Positions 1 to 8,194 of a stretch of 64,000 bases of DNA are shown here, piece by piece. The position numbers and the translations under genes are program-made. Positions within the stretch are counted from its first letter, which is position 1. Every line of letters begins with the position of its first letter. Origin of the DNA: a virus; IMG/VR virus record IMGVR_UViG_3300032047_002388, positions 32,001 to 96,000 of that record. One strand, given 5' to 3'. A model generated the notes under the pieces. It made no database searches. It was not told where the DNA came from and saw only the letters and a list, made by a program, of their open reading frames with translations.

Positions 1-476
1 TAAAAAAGAAACATATCAGTTGTAACAATCCATACGAATTTCCCAAAAGGTTAGCTTGGGATAATAACATACCAGCAATCAAAGACCAGTTGTATGTATT
101 CGCAAATCAACATCGAGGAATTGCAGAATGTTATGGTAAGGTTGATTACATAATCATTGATTCACCTATTTTATTCTCTACAATCTATCACAGATACTAT
201 ACTGAAGGATATCCCGCAGAGTTCTATGGTGAACCCTTCCACAATCTAGTTATTGATTTACATAAGAAATATGATAATATCAACATTCTACTAGAACGTA
301 CACAAGGTGACCACAATGATGATGAGAGATTTCAGAACTTAGAAGAATCAATTGCAATCGATAACCTATGTAAAAAAGTATTGGAAGATAATAATATTCC
401 ATATCATGTAGTTAAGGTTGGACCGAAATCGGTAAAGGATATACTTAAAATTATAAATGAAAACTCAAAGGTTTAA
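1..476 (+). CDS. NadR/AAA_28-like P-loop kinase/ATPase (5'-truncated by window edge)
   Basis: Frame open from position 3 (KKKHISCNNPYEFPKRLAW...DQLYVFANQ...IIIDSPILFS...R-x-Q), typical of phage AAA_28 proteins; Walker A would lie upstream of the window. Confidence 0.6.
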   Translation, partial: KKKHISCNNPYEFPKRLAWDNNIPAIKDQLYVFANQHRGIAECYGKVDYIIIDSPILFSTIYHRYYTEGYPAEFYGEPFHNLVIDLHKKYDNINILLERTQGDHNDDERFQNLEESIAIDNLCKKVLEDNNIPYHVVKVGPKSVKDILKIINENSKV

Positions 477-1077
477 TCCAGATTGGATACACGATGAACC
501 AAACAGTAGTACTCTAGGACTCGGTAAACTTCTATGGGAGTTAGAGTTTCATAGAAAAAGAGAACTACAAATGTATCCACCACCTAAAATGAGGATGTTG
601 GAAATCGGTTCTTATATGGGAGAATCTACTATGATGTTCGCATCAACTAACCTATTCTATGAAATACATTGTGTTGAGCCATTTCAAGGTGAAGAGAAAT
701 ATAATCACTGGCAAGGATATGATTGGGAGTTTATAGAAAACGAGTTTAAAACAAATACTAGATTCTTTGATAACATAGTTCTACACAAAGATTATAGTTA
801 CAATATAATAAATGATTTAGAAGATAAATCTTTTGATTTCATTTATATCGATGGTAACCACGAACAACATGAAGTAGAACGAGATATTACATTGTGTTTA
901 CCTAAACTAAAAAAAGATGGAGTTATCGCAGGACACGATTATCACAAAAACTGGCCAGGGGTTATGGAGGCTGTTGATACGTTAGTTGGTAAACCAGATT
1001 GGATATACAGAGATACAAGTTGGATAAAATATGAAATACAAACTGCTGAAGAACGTAGTACCAAACCACTATTGTGA
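457..1077 (+). CDS. class I SAM-dependent methyltransferase (Methyltransf_24-like)
   Basis: LEIGSYMGES motif I, FDFIYIDGNH, GVIAGHDY. Confidence 0.85.
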   Translation: MKTQRFNPDWIHDEPNSSTLGLGKLLWELEFHRKRELQMYPPPKMRMLEIGSYMGESTMMFASTNLFYEIHCVEPFQGEEKYNHWQGYDWEFIENEFKTNTRFFDNIVLHKDYSYNIINDLEDKSFDFIYIDGNHEQHEVERDITLCLPKLKKDGVIAGHDYHKNWPGVMEAVDTLVGKPDWIYRDTSWIKYEIQTAEERSTKPLL

Positions 1078-1657
1078 ATACCTACAAGAATACACATTAG
1101 AACTTAAGAAAAGAACTAGTGAGGTATTAGGTAAACAGAAATCAAATGGAGGAGGGATATATTGGAGAGGATTAGATATGGCATCTAGTTGTGATTTATC
1201 ATCGGATGAAGAGAATCAGAAACTATATGATATCTACACCTCTAAGTTTATGTATGATATAATAACACCATATATCCCCAACCCATACCTATTCAATGAC
1301 CAGGTAGTTGTCAAAGAACCTAACGAGGACTTTGTATTTGAATCACATTATGATAATCAACATGGACCAACCCCTGGCGATAAAAGTTTAGTAACTATTA
1401 ACTGTATGATAGTACTAGATGATTTCACCGATGAGAATGGTGCGATAGAAGTAATGGATACTAATTGGATAAGGTTATATCCGAAGGTTGGGGATATCTT
1501 AATGATAGAAGGATTCACTTCACATAGAAGTTTCAAGAATAATTCGGATGATGTTAGAAGGGCGTATCTTTGTGTGTACTCTAATAAACCAATAGGTAAA
1601 GGATTCAAAAGTGGTTTCTATTATAACAATTTTGTTATATCAAAACAAATTCGATGA
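1031..1657 (+). CDS. phytanoyl-CoA dioxygenase (PhyH)-family 2OG-Fe(II) oxygenase
   Basis: H-Y-D iron motif, LDDFTDENGA, GDILM...HRS..N.S...RR. Confidence 0.8.
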   Translation: MKYKLLKNVVPNHYCEYLQEYTLELKKRTSEVLGKQKSNGGGIYWRGLDMASSCDLSSDEENQKLYDIYTSKFMYDIITPYIPNPYLFNDQVVVKEPNEDFVFESHYDNQHGPTPGDKSLVTINCMIVLDDFTDENGAIEVMDTNWIRLYPKVGDILMIEGFTSHRSFKNNSDDVRRAYLCVYSNKPIGKGFKSGFYYNNFVISKQIR

Positions 1658-2442
1658 AGAAGGTAATAGTTTCAATAGCAAGTCCTGATTATATACAATA
1701 CTTTCTTCCTATGATTCAAAGTTCAATTGATGAAGGAAAGTGGGATGGTGATTTCTGTTTAATCGTAAATGAAGATATTGAATGGGAGTTAGCTAATAAA
1801 CTAATACAAAAAAGAGTTCATATATTTAAAACACCTCAACTACCAGAAAACCCAACAATCCATTGGCATAAAATGTATTTGTTTGATAGGTACTTTAAAA
1901 AATGGGATTGGATATTATATTGTGATTTAGATGTTTTATTTTTAAATCCAATAGAACTTAATTTATCAGAAAAAGATAAGAACTTCATTTATACCAAAAA
2001 AGATGATTTATCATTTATGGAACATTTCTCAGATAATGAATCCAAAGAGAAAGATTTGATATATGAGAAGTATGGTGATGGAGATGCATTACAAAGTTGT
2101 TTCTTATTATATCATAGTGATATGATTGATTCTAATTACTTTAAAAAATTATACGATGCATACTTGTATTACTATTGTGAACATAAACTAAACAAAAAAC
2201 CATATTGGGACCAAACGATATTTAATATTGTGTTTTATAAAAAGTGGTTAGATATTGGTGATGAGTTTATAGCAATAAATCCTATGATGCATGATATTGA
2301 TTGGAATTGGGATAAATTGAATAATCCCTATACAGATACTAATGATTATAGTAATACAACAGCACTACACTTTTTTCATTTTGTAGCACCTTGGGATAAG
2401 AATAATTTAAGATTTTACCCTATTTGGAAAAAATATAATTAG
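1654..2442 (+). CDS. GT8-like glycosyltransferase
   Basis: ILYCDLDVL (DxD), DQTIFN, LHFFH...PW. Confidence 0.8.
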   Translation: MKKVIVSIASPDYIQYFLPMIQSSIDEGKWDGDFCLIVNEDIEWELANKLIQKRVHIFKTPQLPENPTIHWHKMYLFDRYFKKWDWILYCDLDVLFLNPIELNLSEKDKNFIYTKKDDLSFMEHFSDNESKEKDLIYEKYGDGDALQSCFLLYHSDMIDSNYFKKLYDAYLYYYCEHKLNKKPYWDQTIFNIVFYKKWLDIGDEFIAINPMMHDIDWNWDKLNNPYTDTNDYSNTTALHFFHFVAPWDKNNLRFYPIWKKYN

Positions 2443-3282
2443 ATGAGCGAAATAAAAGTTAACATCAATCCTAATAGTAATCGTAAACTATGGGTATATG
2501 GTTGTTCTTATTCTGATAATTGGAACGATAGAGTAATACCTTATGAAGAAACATGGTGGGGAATCATAGCGAAAGAACTAAACCTCAACGTAGTAAGAAA
2601 CCATCATGAAGATGAGGATGATGTAATAAGAACACAATTCGGATTAGGTGGACAAGGATGGAATAGTGTAGAGAGACAAATCCTTATGACTATGAATGAA
2701 TGGAGTAAGGACGATGTAATCATAATAGAAGAACCCCCAAGAATACGAAGTCAATGGCACAACCTTAAACTAGAAGGATGGGAAAATATGGACCACAAAA
2801 TTCTGTCAACCATATTACCTGAGCAATACAATAACAAACCCTTATTCAAGGATTTACAATTAAATGATTATAACCGAGTGATGAGACACGAGGCGGTAAA
2901 CTTAGATTCTCTCAGCGGACTACAAGATATCTACCTTATACAAGGATACCTTAACTTCTCTATGTATAGGGGAACAATCGAGTCGTTAACTCAGCATTTC
3001 CCCAACATCCACACATGGAACTTTGAAGGAGGATACTTAGATTGGTATTGGGGAGAAGAAAATAAACTCACAACCGGTGCGATACTTCCCCTATGGGATG
3101 AGTTTAAAGAGAAACCCTACCGATTAAAGTTTGGATTATGGGATACTTATATAGAATGGATGTGGAGAACTCCTCTTGCGTGGGCGAATTGGAAGAAGGT
3201 TGACGACCATCAAAACGCGTATGGACACAAGGTAATGGGGAAAATGTTTGTTAAGCAATTAAGAACTAAGTATGGTTTATAA
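2443..3282 (+). CDS. SGNH-hydrolase-like protein
   Basis: N-terminal YGCSYS block and C-terminal DDHQNAYGH block. Confidence 0.6.
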   Translation: MSEIKVNINPNSNRKLWVYGCSYSDNWNDRVIPYEETWWGIIAKELNLNVVRNHHEDEDDVIRTQFGLGGQGWNSVERQILMTMNEWSKDDVIIIEEPPRIRSQWHNLKLEGWENMDHKILSTILPEQYNNKPLFKDLQLNDYNRVMRHEAVNLDSLSGLQDIYLIQGYLNFSMYRGTIESLTQHFPNIHTWNFEGGYLDWYWGEENKLTTGAILPLWDEFKEKPYRLKFGLWDTYIEWMWRTPLAWANWKKVDDHQNAYGHKVMGKMFVKQLRTKYGL

Positions 3283-3347
3283 TACTATCAATATATATCA
3301 AGATAAAAAGTCCGAAGCGAAAACGACGAAAAAAGTTGTAAAAAGAT

Positions 3348-3378
3348 TTGGAGCTTTGGATTTTATTTCGTATATTAG
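3348..3378 (+). promoter_or_regulatory. putative early promoter TTG-N20-TATATTAG (copy 1 of 6)
   Basis: TTGGAGCTTT...TATATTAGCT; same motif recurs at five other intergenic sites. Confidence 0.7.
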
Positions 3379-3404
3379 CTATGAATTTAAAAATTATTAG
3401 AGAT

Positions 3405-3635
3405 ATGGTACACAAAAATGGCAACAAAGATTTTAAATCTTTTAAATCGAATGGAACTCAATATCACACATATGATAACAAGTTTCACAATTGGGATGGT
3501 CCGGCCATCATTAAAGAGAATGGCGATAAACAATGGTTCATATATGGTATAGAATATACCAAACAAGAATTTCAAAACCAAGTTGGAGAAATGAATAGGA
3601 GAAACGATGCAACCTCGATTCCAAAAAACATATAA
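3405..3635 (+). CDS. hypothetical phage protein with H-x-x-D-G-P-A repeat unit
   Basis: FHNWDGPAIIKENGDKQWFIYG; start moved to ATG 3405 because the TTG start in the ORF track lies in the promoter. Confidence 0.6.
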   Translation: MVHKNGNKDFKSFKSNGTQYHTYDNKFHNWDGPAIIKENGDKQWFIYGIEYTKQEFQNQVGEMNRRNDATSIPKNI

Positions 3636-3853
3636 TGAAGTACGACCCAAAGAACCCCTTATCTGAACAAGAACTCGATAAACTCGGTAAAGAGGATTTT
3701 GATGGTTTCATTGAATACCTTGATGGTATGAGTGAACACAAGAAACGAAAAAAGAATCCTAGAGTGAAAGAGATGAAAGAAAAGAAAAGGCAAGTATTGA
3801 GAAATACTGGTATATATAAAATCAAAACAAACCGAGACCAGTGGTTTGATTAA
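3635..3853 (+). CDS. hypothetical protein
   Basis: TAATG-coupled 72-aa ORF. Confidence 0.6.
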   Translation: MKYDPKNPLSEQELDKLGKEDFDGFIEYLDGMSEHKKRKKNPRVKEMKEKKRQVLRNTGIYKIKTNRDQWFD

Positions 3854-3855
3854 CT

Positions 3856-4047
3856 ATGAGAAAATTAATTTATTTAATAGTACCTAACGAAGGAAACTAC
3901 TACCATGTAGAGTTTATTACCGATAGAGAACCCAAGTGGACAGAAGAACAATTTCTACGTCATAGACGTGGATACAAGATGGAGATGATAAGTAATGAAG
4001 AAGCAGAGGAGAAAATCCCAACATCAAGAGAAGTTAAGTTGGGATGA
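3856..4047 (+). CDS. hypothetical protein
   Basis: 63-aa ORF tightly packed in operon. Confidence 0.55.
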   Translation: MRKLIYLIVPNEGNYYHVEFITDREPKWTEEQFLRHRRGYKMEMISNEEAEEKIPTSREVKLG

Positions 4048-4048
4048 T

Positions 4049-4174
4049 ATGACTTATGGTGAGGCATCTCACCACATCGGTAAGAAAACAACTGAGAAGG
4101 TACACAAATCTCAGAAGGATTATAATCGTAAAAAGAAACACAAGAACAGAGGTTTCGATGATAACGATTGGTAG
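4049..4174 (+). CDS. 41-aa basic peptide with ArfA-like Y-x-RK-x-KH-x-NRG motif
   Basis: MTYGEASHHIGKKTTEKVHKSQKDYNRKKKHKNRGFDDNDW, read manually; fills the gap before the tRNA. Confidence 0.5.
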   Translation: MTYGEASHHIGKKTTEKVHKSQKDYNRKKKHKNRGFDDNDW

Positions 4175-4177
4175 AAT

Positions 4178-4249
4178 GGCCCGTTCGTCTATCGGTTAGG
4201 ACGTTAGGTTTTCATCCTAGAAAGAGGAGTTCGATTCTCCTACGGGCTA
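4178..4249 (+). tRNA. tRNA-Glu (anticodon TTC), CCA not encoded
   Basis: Acceptor GGCCCGT/ACGGGCT, anticodon arm TTAGG-TTTTCAT-CCTAG, T arm AGGAG-TTCGATT-CTCCT. Confidence 0.95.
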
Positions 4250-4271
4250 CTAATTTTTTTAAAAGACAATA

Positions 4272-4445
4272 ATGAATGAAAGAGAAGATTTCTTAAAGGG
4301 TGTTATTGTATTTGTATTAGCAGCAATAGCAATTTCATATATAACACGATTAATCGGACACCCTCTAAACGCACTAGAGGGTTTCGGTGTTGTTATGCTA
4401 TTGGTATTAATAAAGAATTACTTTGATATGAATAGTGAAACATGA
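4272..4445 (+). CDS. small two-TM membrane protein
   Basis: 57-aa ORF read manually (MNEREDFLKGVIVFVLAAIAISY...), ATGA overlap with next gene. Confidence 0.55.
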   Translation: MNEREDFLKGVIVFVLAAIAISYITRLIGHPLNALEGFGVVMLLVLIKNYFDMNSET

Positions 4446-4645
4446 GATATCCTTCATATAAGAGACCGATTGAAAGAGTTAATAATAAACTATATGTTAT
4501 ACACGCAGAGTACGAACAACATAAGATAAAGAACGTATCAATGGTAAAAGAATGGTTGGGAGTAGATACTGTATTTAGACAACATTCAAAAGGTACTTAT
4601 ATTTTTTGTGAGGAAATTCAAGATGTAGATTGGGAAAATGTATAA
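4442..4645 (+). CDS. hypothetical protein
   Basis: 67-aa coupled ORF. Confidence 0.6.
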   Translation: MRYPSYKRPIERVNNKLYVIHAEYEQHKIKNVSMVKEWLGVDTVFRQHSKGTYIFCEEIQDVDWENV

Positions 4646-5168
4646 TCAAGAAGTAATATTTACCAAAGAAGAATGTAAACGTATCATTGATATGAATAGT
4701 GGATTTACACAAAGTAAATTAGCTTCTGCAGATGATGGATATAAATCATCGGAAAGGTCAAGTTATGATTCTGTAACTAAGACAACTGATGAGATACGAA
4801 ACCTACTTCTACCAAAATTATCTAAATATGGAGTGATTGAATTATCTAATTACTTTAATATTCTAAGATATGAAAAAGGTCAAGAGTTTAAAAAACATAG
4901 AGATATTGGTCTTAACAAACATACAAACAAACGATACAGAACATTAATTATACAACTATCTAACTTTGATGATTATGAAGGTGGTGATTTGATTGTATGG
5001 GATAACAACGAACAAATAGAAACTGTATGTAATAAAGAGATTGGAAATATGATTTTATTCCCATCTAAACTATTACATCAAGCAAAACCAGTTATAAGTG
5101 GAACACGATATGTAATGACATTTTTTCTTACAAACGAACACTTTAACATAAAAAACACTCTAATTTAA
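4638..5168 (+). CDS. 2OG-Fe(II) oxygenase, prolyl-hydroxylase-like
   Basis: RYEKGQEFKKHRD, YEGGDL, LFPS..LH...PV.SG.RY. Confidence 0.9.
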   Translation: MYNQEVIFTKEECKRIIDMNSGFTQSKLASADDGYKSSERSSYDSVTKTTDEIRNLLLPKLSKYGVIELSNYFNILRYEKGQEFKKHRDIGLNKHTNKRYRTLIIQLSNFDDYEGGDLIVWDNNEQIETVCNKEIGNMILFPSKLLHQAKPVISGTRYVMTFFLTNEHFNIKNTLI

Positions 5169-5180
5169 TATGTATATAAT

Positions 5181-5639
5181 ATGAGATGGGTAGAATACTT
5201 TAGAACTTTGGCTCACACGGTCAAACTAAAATCCAAAGATGAGAACACACAAATTGGTGCAATCATAGTTGGTAAGGATAAAGAAATTGTATCTACTGGT
5301 TATAACTCATTTCCACGAGGATTAAAAGATAACATTAGAGAAAGACAACAAAGACCAGAAAAGTATTTTTGGTTTGAACACGCAGAAAGAAATGCGATAT
5401 ATAACGCTGCAAGAATAGGAGTATCAACTAAGGGTTGTACTATGTATCTATCTTGTGGAATCCCTTGTTCAGATTGTGCAAGGGGAATTATAAATGCTGG
5501 TATCACACGAATCTTTTGTGAAAGAGGTGATGTTACCAAAGGAAAACATTGGGAGGAGAACTACGAAAGAAGTTGGGCGATGTTGGAAGAGGCTGGAATC
5601 AATGTTCAATTTTATGACGATGAATTTTTAAGCTTATGA
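5181..5639 (+). CDS. dCMP deaminase
   Basis: STGYN, HAERNA, PCSDC zinc motifs. Confidence 0.92.
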   Translation: MRWVEYFRTLAHTVKLKSKDENTQIGAIIVGKDKEIVSTGYNSFPRGLKDNIRERQQRPEKYFWFEHAERNAIYNAARIGVSTKGCTMYLSCGIPCSDCARGIINAGITRIFCERGDVTKGKHWEENYERSWAMLEEAGINVQFYDDEFLSL

Positions 5640-5767
5640 ACATAGATAAATTTATAGAAACAAGTACAAAGAGTGAAATTTTAAATAAACTCTTAGAACT
5701 TAAAACACAACCTCAAACAGAGGATGTGAAATTATTAATACAAAAATTACAACAAACACTAAGATGA
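5636..5767 (+). CDS. hypothetical 43-aa protein
   Basis: ATGA overlaps at both ends; MNIDKFIETSTKSEILNKLLEL... Confidence 0.5.
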   Translation: MNIDKFIETSTKSEILNKLLELKTQPQTEDVKLLIQKLQQTLR

Positions 5768-5946
5768 CAGAAGAAAAGATGATTGAGGAGATTCTATATG
5801 AATCCCATTCGGTTGGTATGAGAAGTGAGGTAATGAGCAGAGCAAACGATATCATGGGTTCTGAGGATTTCAAGTCAGATTGGAGAAATAGAAGAGTTGA
5901 CGCATATCAACAAGCTTACAAAGAACTAGTTGGTAGTAAATTCTAA
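5764..5946 (+). CDS. hypothetical protein
   Basis: 60-aa coupled ORF. Confidence 0.55.
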   Translation: MTEEKMIEEILYESHSVGMRSEVMSRANDIMGSEDFKSDWRNRRVDAYQQAYKELVGSKF

Positions 5947-5952
5947 TAAGTC

Positions 5953-5961
5953 ATATTTATA
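5953..5961 (+). promoter_or_regulatory. putative late promoter ATATTTATA
   Basis: Recurrent intergenic motif, 3 nt before ATG 5965. Confidence 0.55.
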
Positions 5962-5964
5962 TAC

Positions 5965-7404
5965 ATGGCACAGATATTTCCAACACCGAACAATGTAAAC
6001 ACTCAACCTATATCAAGAAGGGTTAGTGATAAGTTTAAGAAAATAAAAACTACAACTAACTTAGAAAAGATAAGCATTGTTAACGATTACCCAGTCATTA
6101 GAGGTAGAGAAGAGGATGGAAGTCCAGAAAACATTATATCCTACGCTAAAAGGATTAGAGACCACTACAATATTAAAACATCTGATGAAACAAAACACAA
6201 AGGTGTTCTTACTCCTCCTCATACTCAAGGTGTTGATTACTTTACAAACACAATAAATAGATTATCTCAATTTTATATTGCACCTGATAACTATAATGTA
6301 CCCCTACCAGAACCATTTGGTTATAGAGGATTTGAAGAATGGAAACAAGGTGCTACATTAGTAGAACGTAATTTTGCTGGTAATGCAACTTCATTTAGAT
6401 TTGTTATAGAATTCTTCGAAACTGGTAACAGATATTATAGTAGAAGATTAAGAGATGATTTAAATGAAGCAGACCAAAATGGTAATCCATATTTTACAAA
6501 ACATCTTATACCAACTATTATGATTCAATTGAATCAATTACAAAATTACCAAAAGGCATTCTGGCCACTAGAGGCTGTATGGGATGTACAAGTTCTTGAT
6601 TCACTAGGAAGTGGTTCAACTACTGAGTCTAACGAAATAGAAGTAGTTCAATATATAGATGCGTTGTTAAAAGGTCAACCAGTAACTAGAGATAACAAAT
6701 TAAAATCACCATACAAGAAAGGTACTGTTATATCTACCCATTGGTTTTCTCAAAATCCAAGAGGACTTGGAGATGATGAAACTGCATCATTCCTCGATGT
6801 AGATTTAAGTGGTGGAACAGATGCCGTAGATTCAGCAGGAGATACTGGAGTTGCAGAACCAACGCCAGGTGGAGGAGGAAGTACTCGAACAGTACAAGCA
6901 GATGATGGAACAGATGTTAACATTAGAGGAAATACTGGTAACCTAACAGACCAAGAAGTAGCAAATATATCAGCTGATTTAGGATTCGGACCTGGTACAG
7001 ACGAAACAACTACTGGTACAACATTTGCAGTAGATACTGATGGTGATGGTGAAATTGAATCTATTCTTAATCTAAACGATGACCCTAACTTCGAAACAAC
7101 ATTTGACCCATTTGGAAACGCTATTGGTAACAATGATACTTTTGGTGCAGCTGCAATATTAGGTAACAATTTATCTAATCTACAATCAGACGTACAAAAC
7201 TATAACAACACACAACCTTTAGGTGTTGGTGGTGCTCAAGGAAATTATGCTCCATTTGGTACACCAGGTGAATTCTCATATCAAACGAAATATTTTCAAG
7301 GAACAGAATATATTTGGAATAGAATGAATTCAGGTAAATGGGAGCCAACTTTCACTGCAAGTGGATTTGGTGGATTTGGCTTTAGTGGTGGACTCACCTT
7401 TTAA
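5965..7404 (+). CDS. hypothetical protein, acidic Gly/Thr/Asp-rich C-terminal half; possibly virion-associated
   Basis: 479-aa ORF behind late-type motif; DTDGDGE loop. Confidence 0.6.
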   Translation: MAQIFPTPNNVNTQPISRRVSDKFKKIKTTTNLEKISIVNDYPVIRGREEDGSPENIISYAKRIRDHYNIKTSDETKHKGVLTPPHTQGVDYFTNTINRLSQFYIAPDNYNVPLPEPFGYRGFEEWKQGATLVERNFAGNATSFRFVIEFFETGNRYYSRRLRDDLNEADQNGNPYFTKHLIPTIMIQLNQLQNYQKAFWPLEAVWDVQVLDSLGSGSTTESNEIEVVQYIDALLKGQPVTRDNKLKSPYKKGTVISTHWFSQNPRGLGDDETASFLDVDLSGGTDAVDSAGDTGVAEPTPGGGGSTRTVQADDGTDVNIRGNTGNLTDQEVANISADLGFGPGTDETTTGTTFAVDTDGDGEIESILNLNDDPNFETTFDPFGNAIGNNDTFGAAAILGNNLSNLQSDVQNYNNTQPLGVGGAQGNYAPFGTPGEFSYQTKYFQGTEYIWNRMNSGKWEPTFTASGFGGFGFSGGLTF

Positions 7405-7414
7405 ATAATAAGTT

Positions 7415-7768
7415 ATGAAATATAATTGGTATTACATAGGACTGGCAATCGTCCTTTATATGATTGGCCAAACTGCAGTATGGTTTCAACACAACTGGCA
7501 GTTCAAAGACCCAAGTAAATCTCCATCATGGTGGGGATGGTATCTAATGGCAATCCCACTAACATGGGTATTCCTACAAGCAACAAAAGTTGGTGTAGAA
7601 GGATTCGGAGGTAATCTCTGGCCAAATAGATTTATTGGGTTTGTAGTTGGTATGGTATCTTATATACTATTAACAAATCACTTTTTCAATGAACCAGTTA
7701 CACCAAAGATTGCAGTACAGTTGGGACTAGCATTTTCTATATTATTAGTACAGTTATTTTGGAAGTAA
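7415..7768 (+). CDS. small four-TM membrane protein (SMR/DMT-like topology)
   Basis: Four hydrophobic segments in 117 aa; FFNEPVTPK loop before the last helix. Confidence 0.55.
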   Translation: MKYNWYYIGLAIVLYMIGQTAVWFQHNWQFKDPSKSPSWWGWYLMAIPLTWVFLQATKVGVEGFGGNLWPNRFIGFVVGMVSYILLTNHFFNEPVTPKIAVQLGLAFSILLVQLFWK

Positions 7769-7771
7769 ATA

Positions 7772-7780
7772 ATATTTATA
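7772..7780 (+). promoter_or_regulatory. putative late promoter ATATTTATA
   Basis: Motif 3 nt before ATG 7784. Confidence 0.5.
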
Positions 7781-7783
7781 GAT

Positions 7784-8143
7784 ATGAAGAATGTTTACAA
7801 GAAGGTGGGATGGAGAAAACATTTAGTACCAAACCAAAGGGAATGGATTACTGAATATATGAACACGCATGGTGTTGATTTTTACACTAGAGCAATAGAC
7901 CTTATCAACATGGCATGGAAATACAATAGAAAAGAAATTGTATTAGCAAAGTTTATAAAAACAAATATATGTGTTGTTGTTCAACGTAAAGATTATGAAA
8001 TAGCAATGAAATATTGCATGATGTGGTTAGAACATAAAGAAGAATATGAATACTGTGCTATCGTTAGGGATTATCTAAGTGAAAGAAAAACTAAATCTAA
8101 AAAATTATCTTTTGAAGAACAAATTCACAGTTTAATATCATAA
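7784..8143 (+). CDS. hypothetical protein (EEYEYCA..RD, UVR-like helix)
   Basis: 119-aa ORF. Confidence 0.55.
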   Translation: MKNVYKKVGWRKHLVPNQREWITEYMNTHGVDFYTRAIDLINMAWKYNRKEIVLAKFIKTNICVVVQRKDYEIAMKYCMMWLEHKEEYEYCAIVRDYLSERKTKSKKLSFEEQIHSLIS

Positions 8144-8194
8144 AATACATTTATCAGATACTTATATAAAGAACAGCAATAAGAAAGAAATTAA

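Noticed and set aside
3348-3404. ORF-track starts at 3348, 20949, 30059 and 54887
   Set aside because: These upstream TTG/alternative starts fall inside promoter motifs or the previous gene; downstream ATGs (3405, 20991, 30092, 54893) fit better
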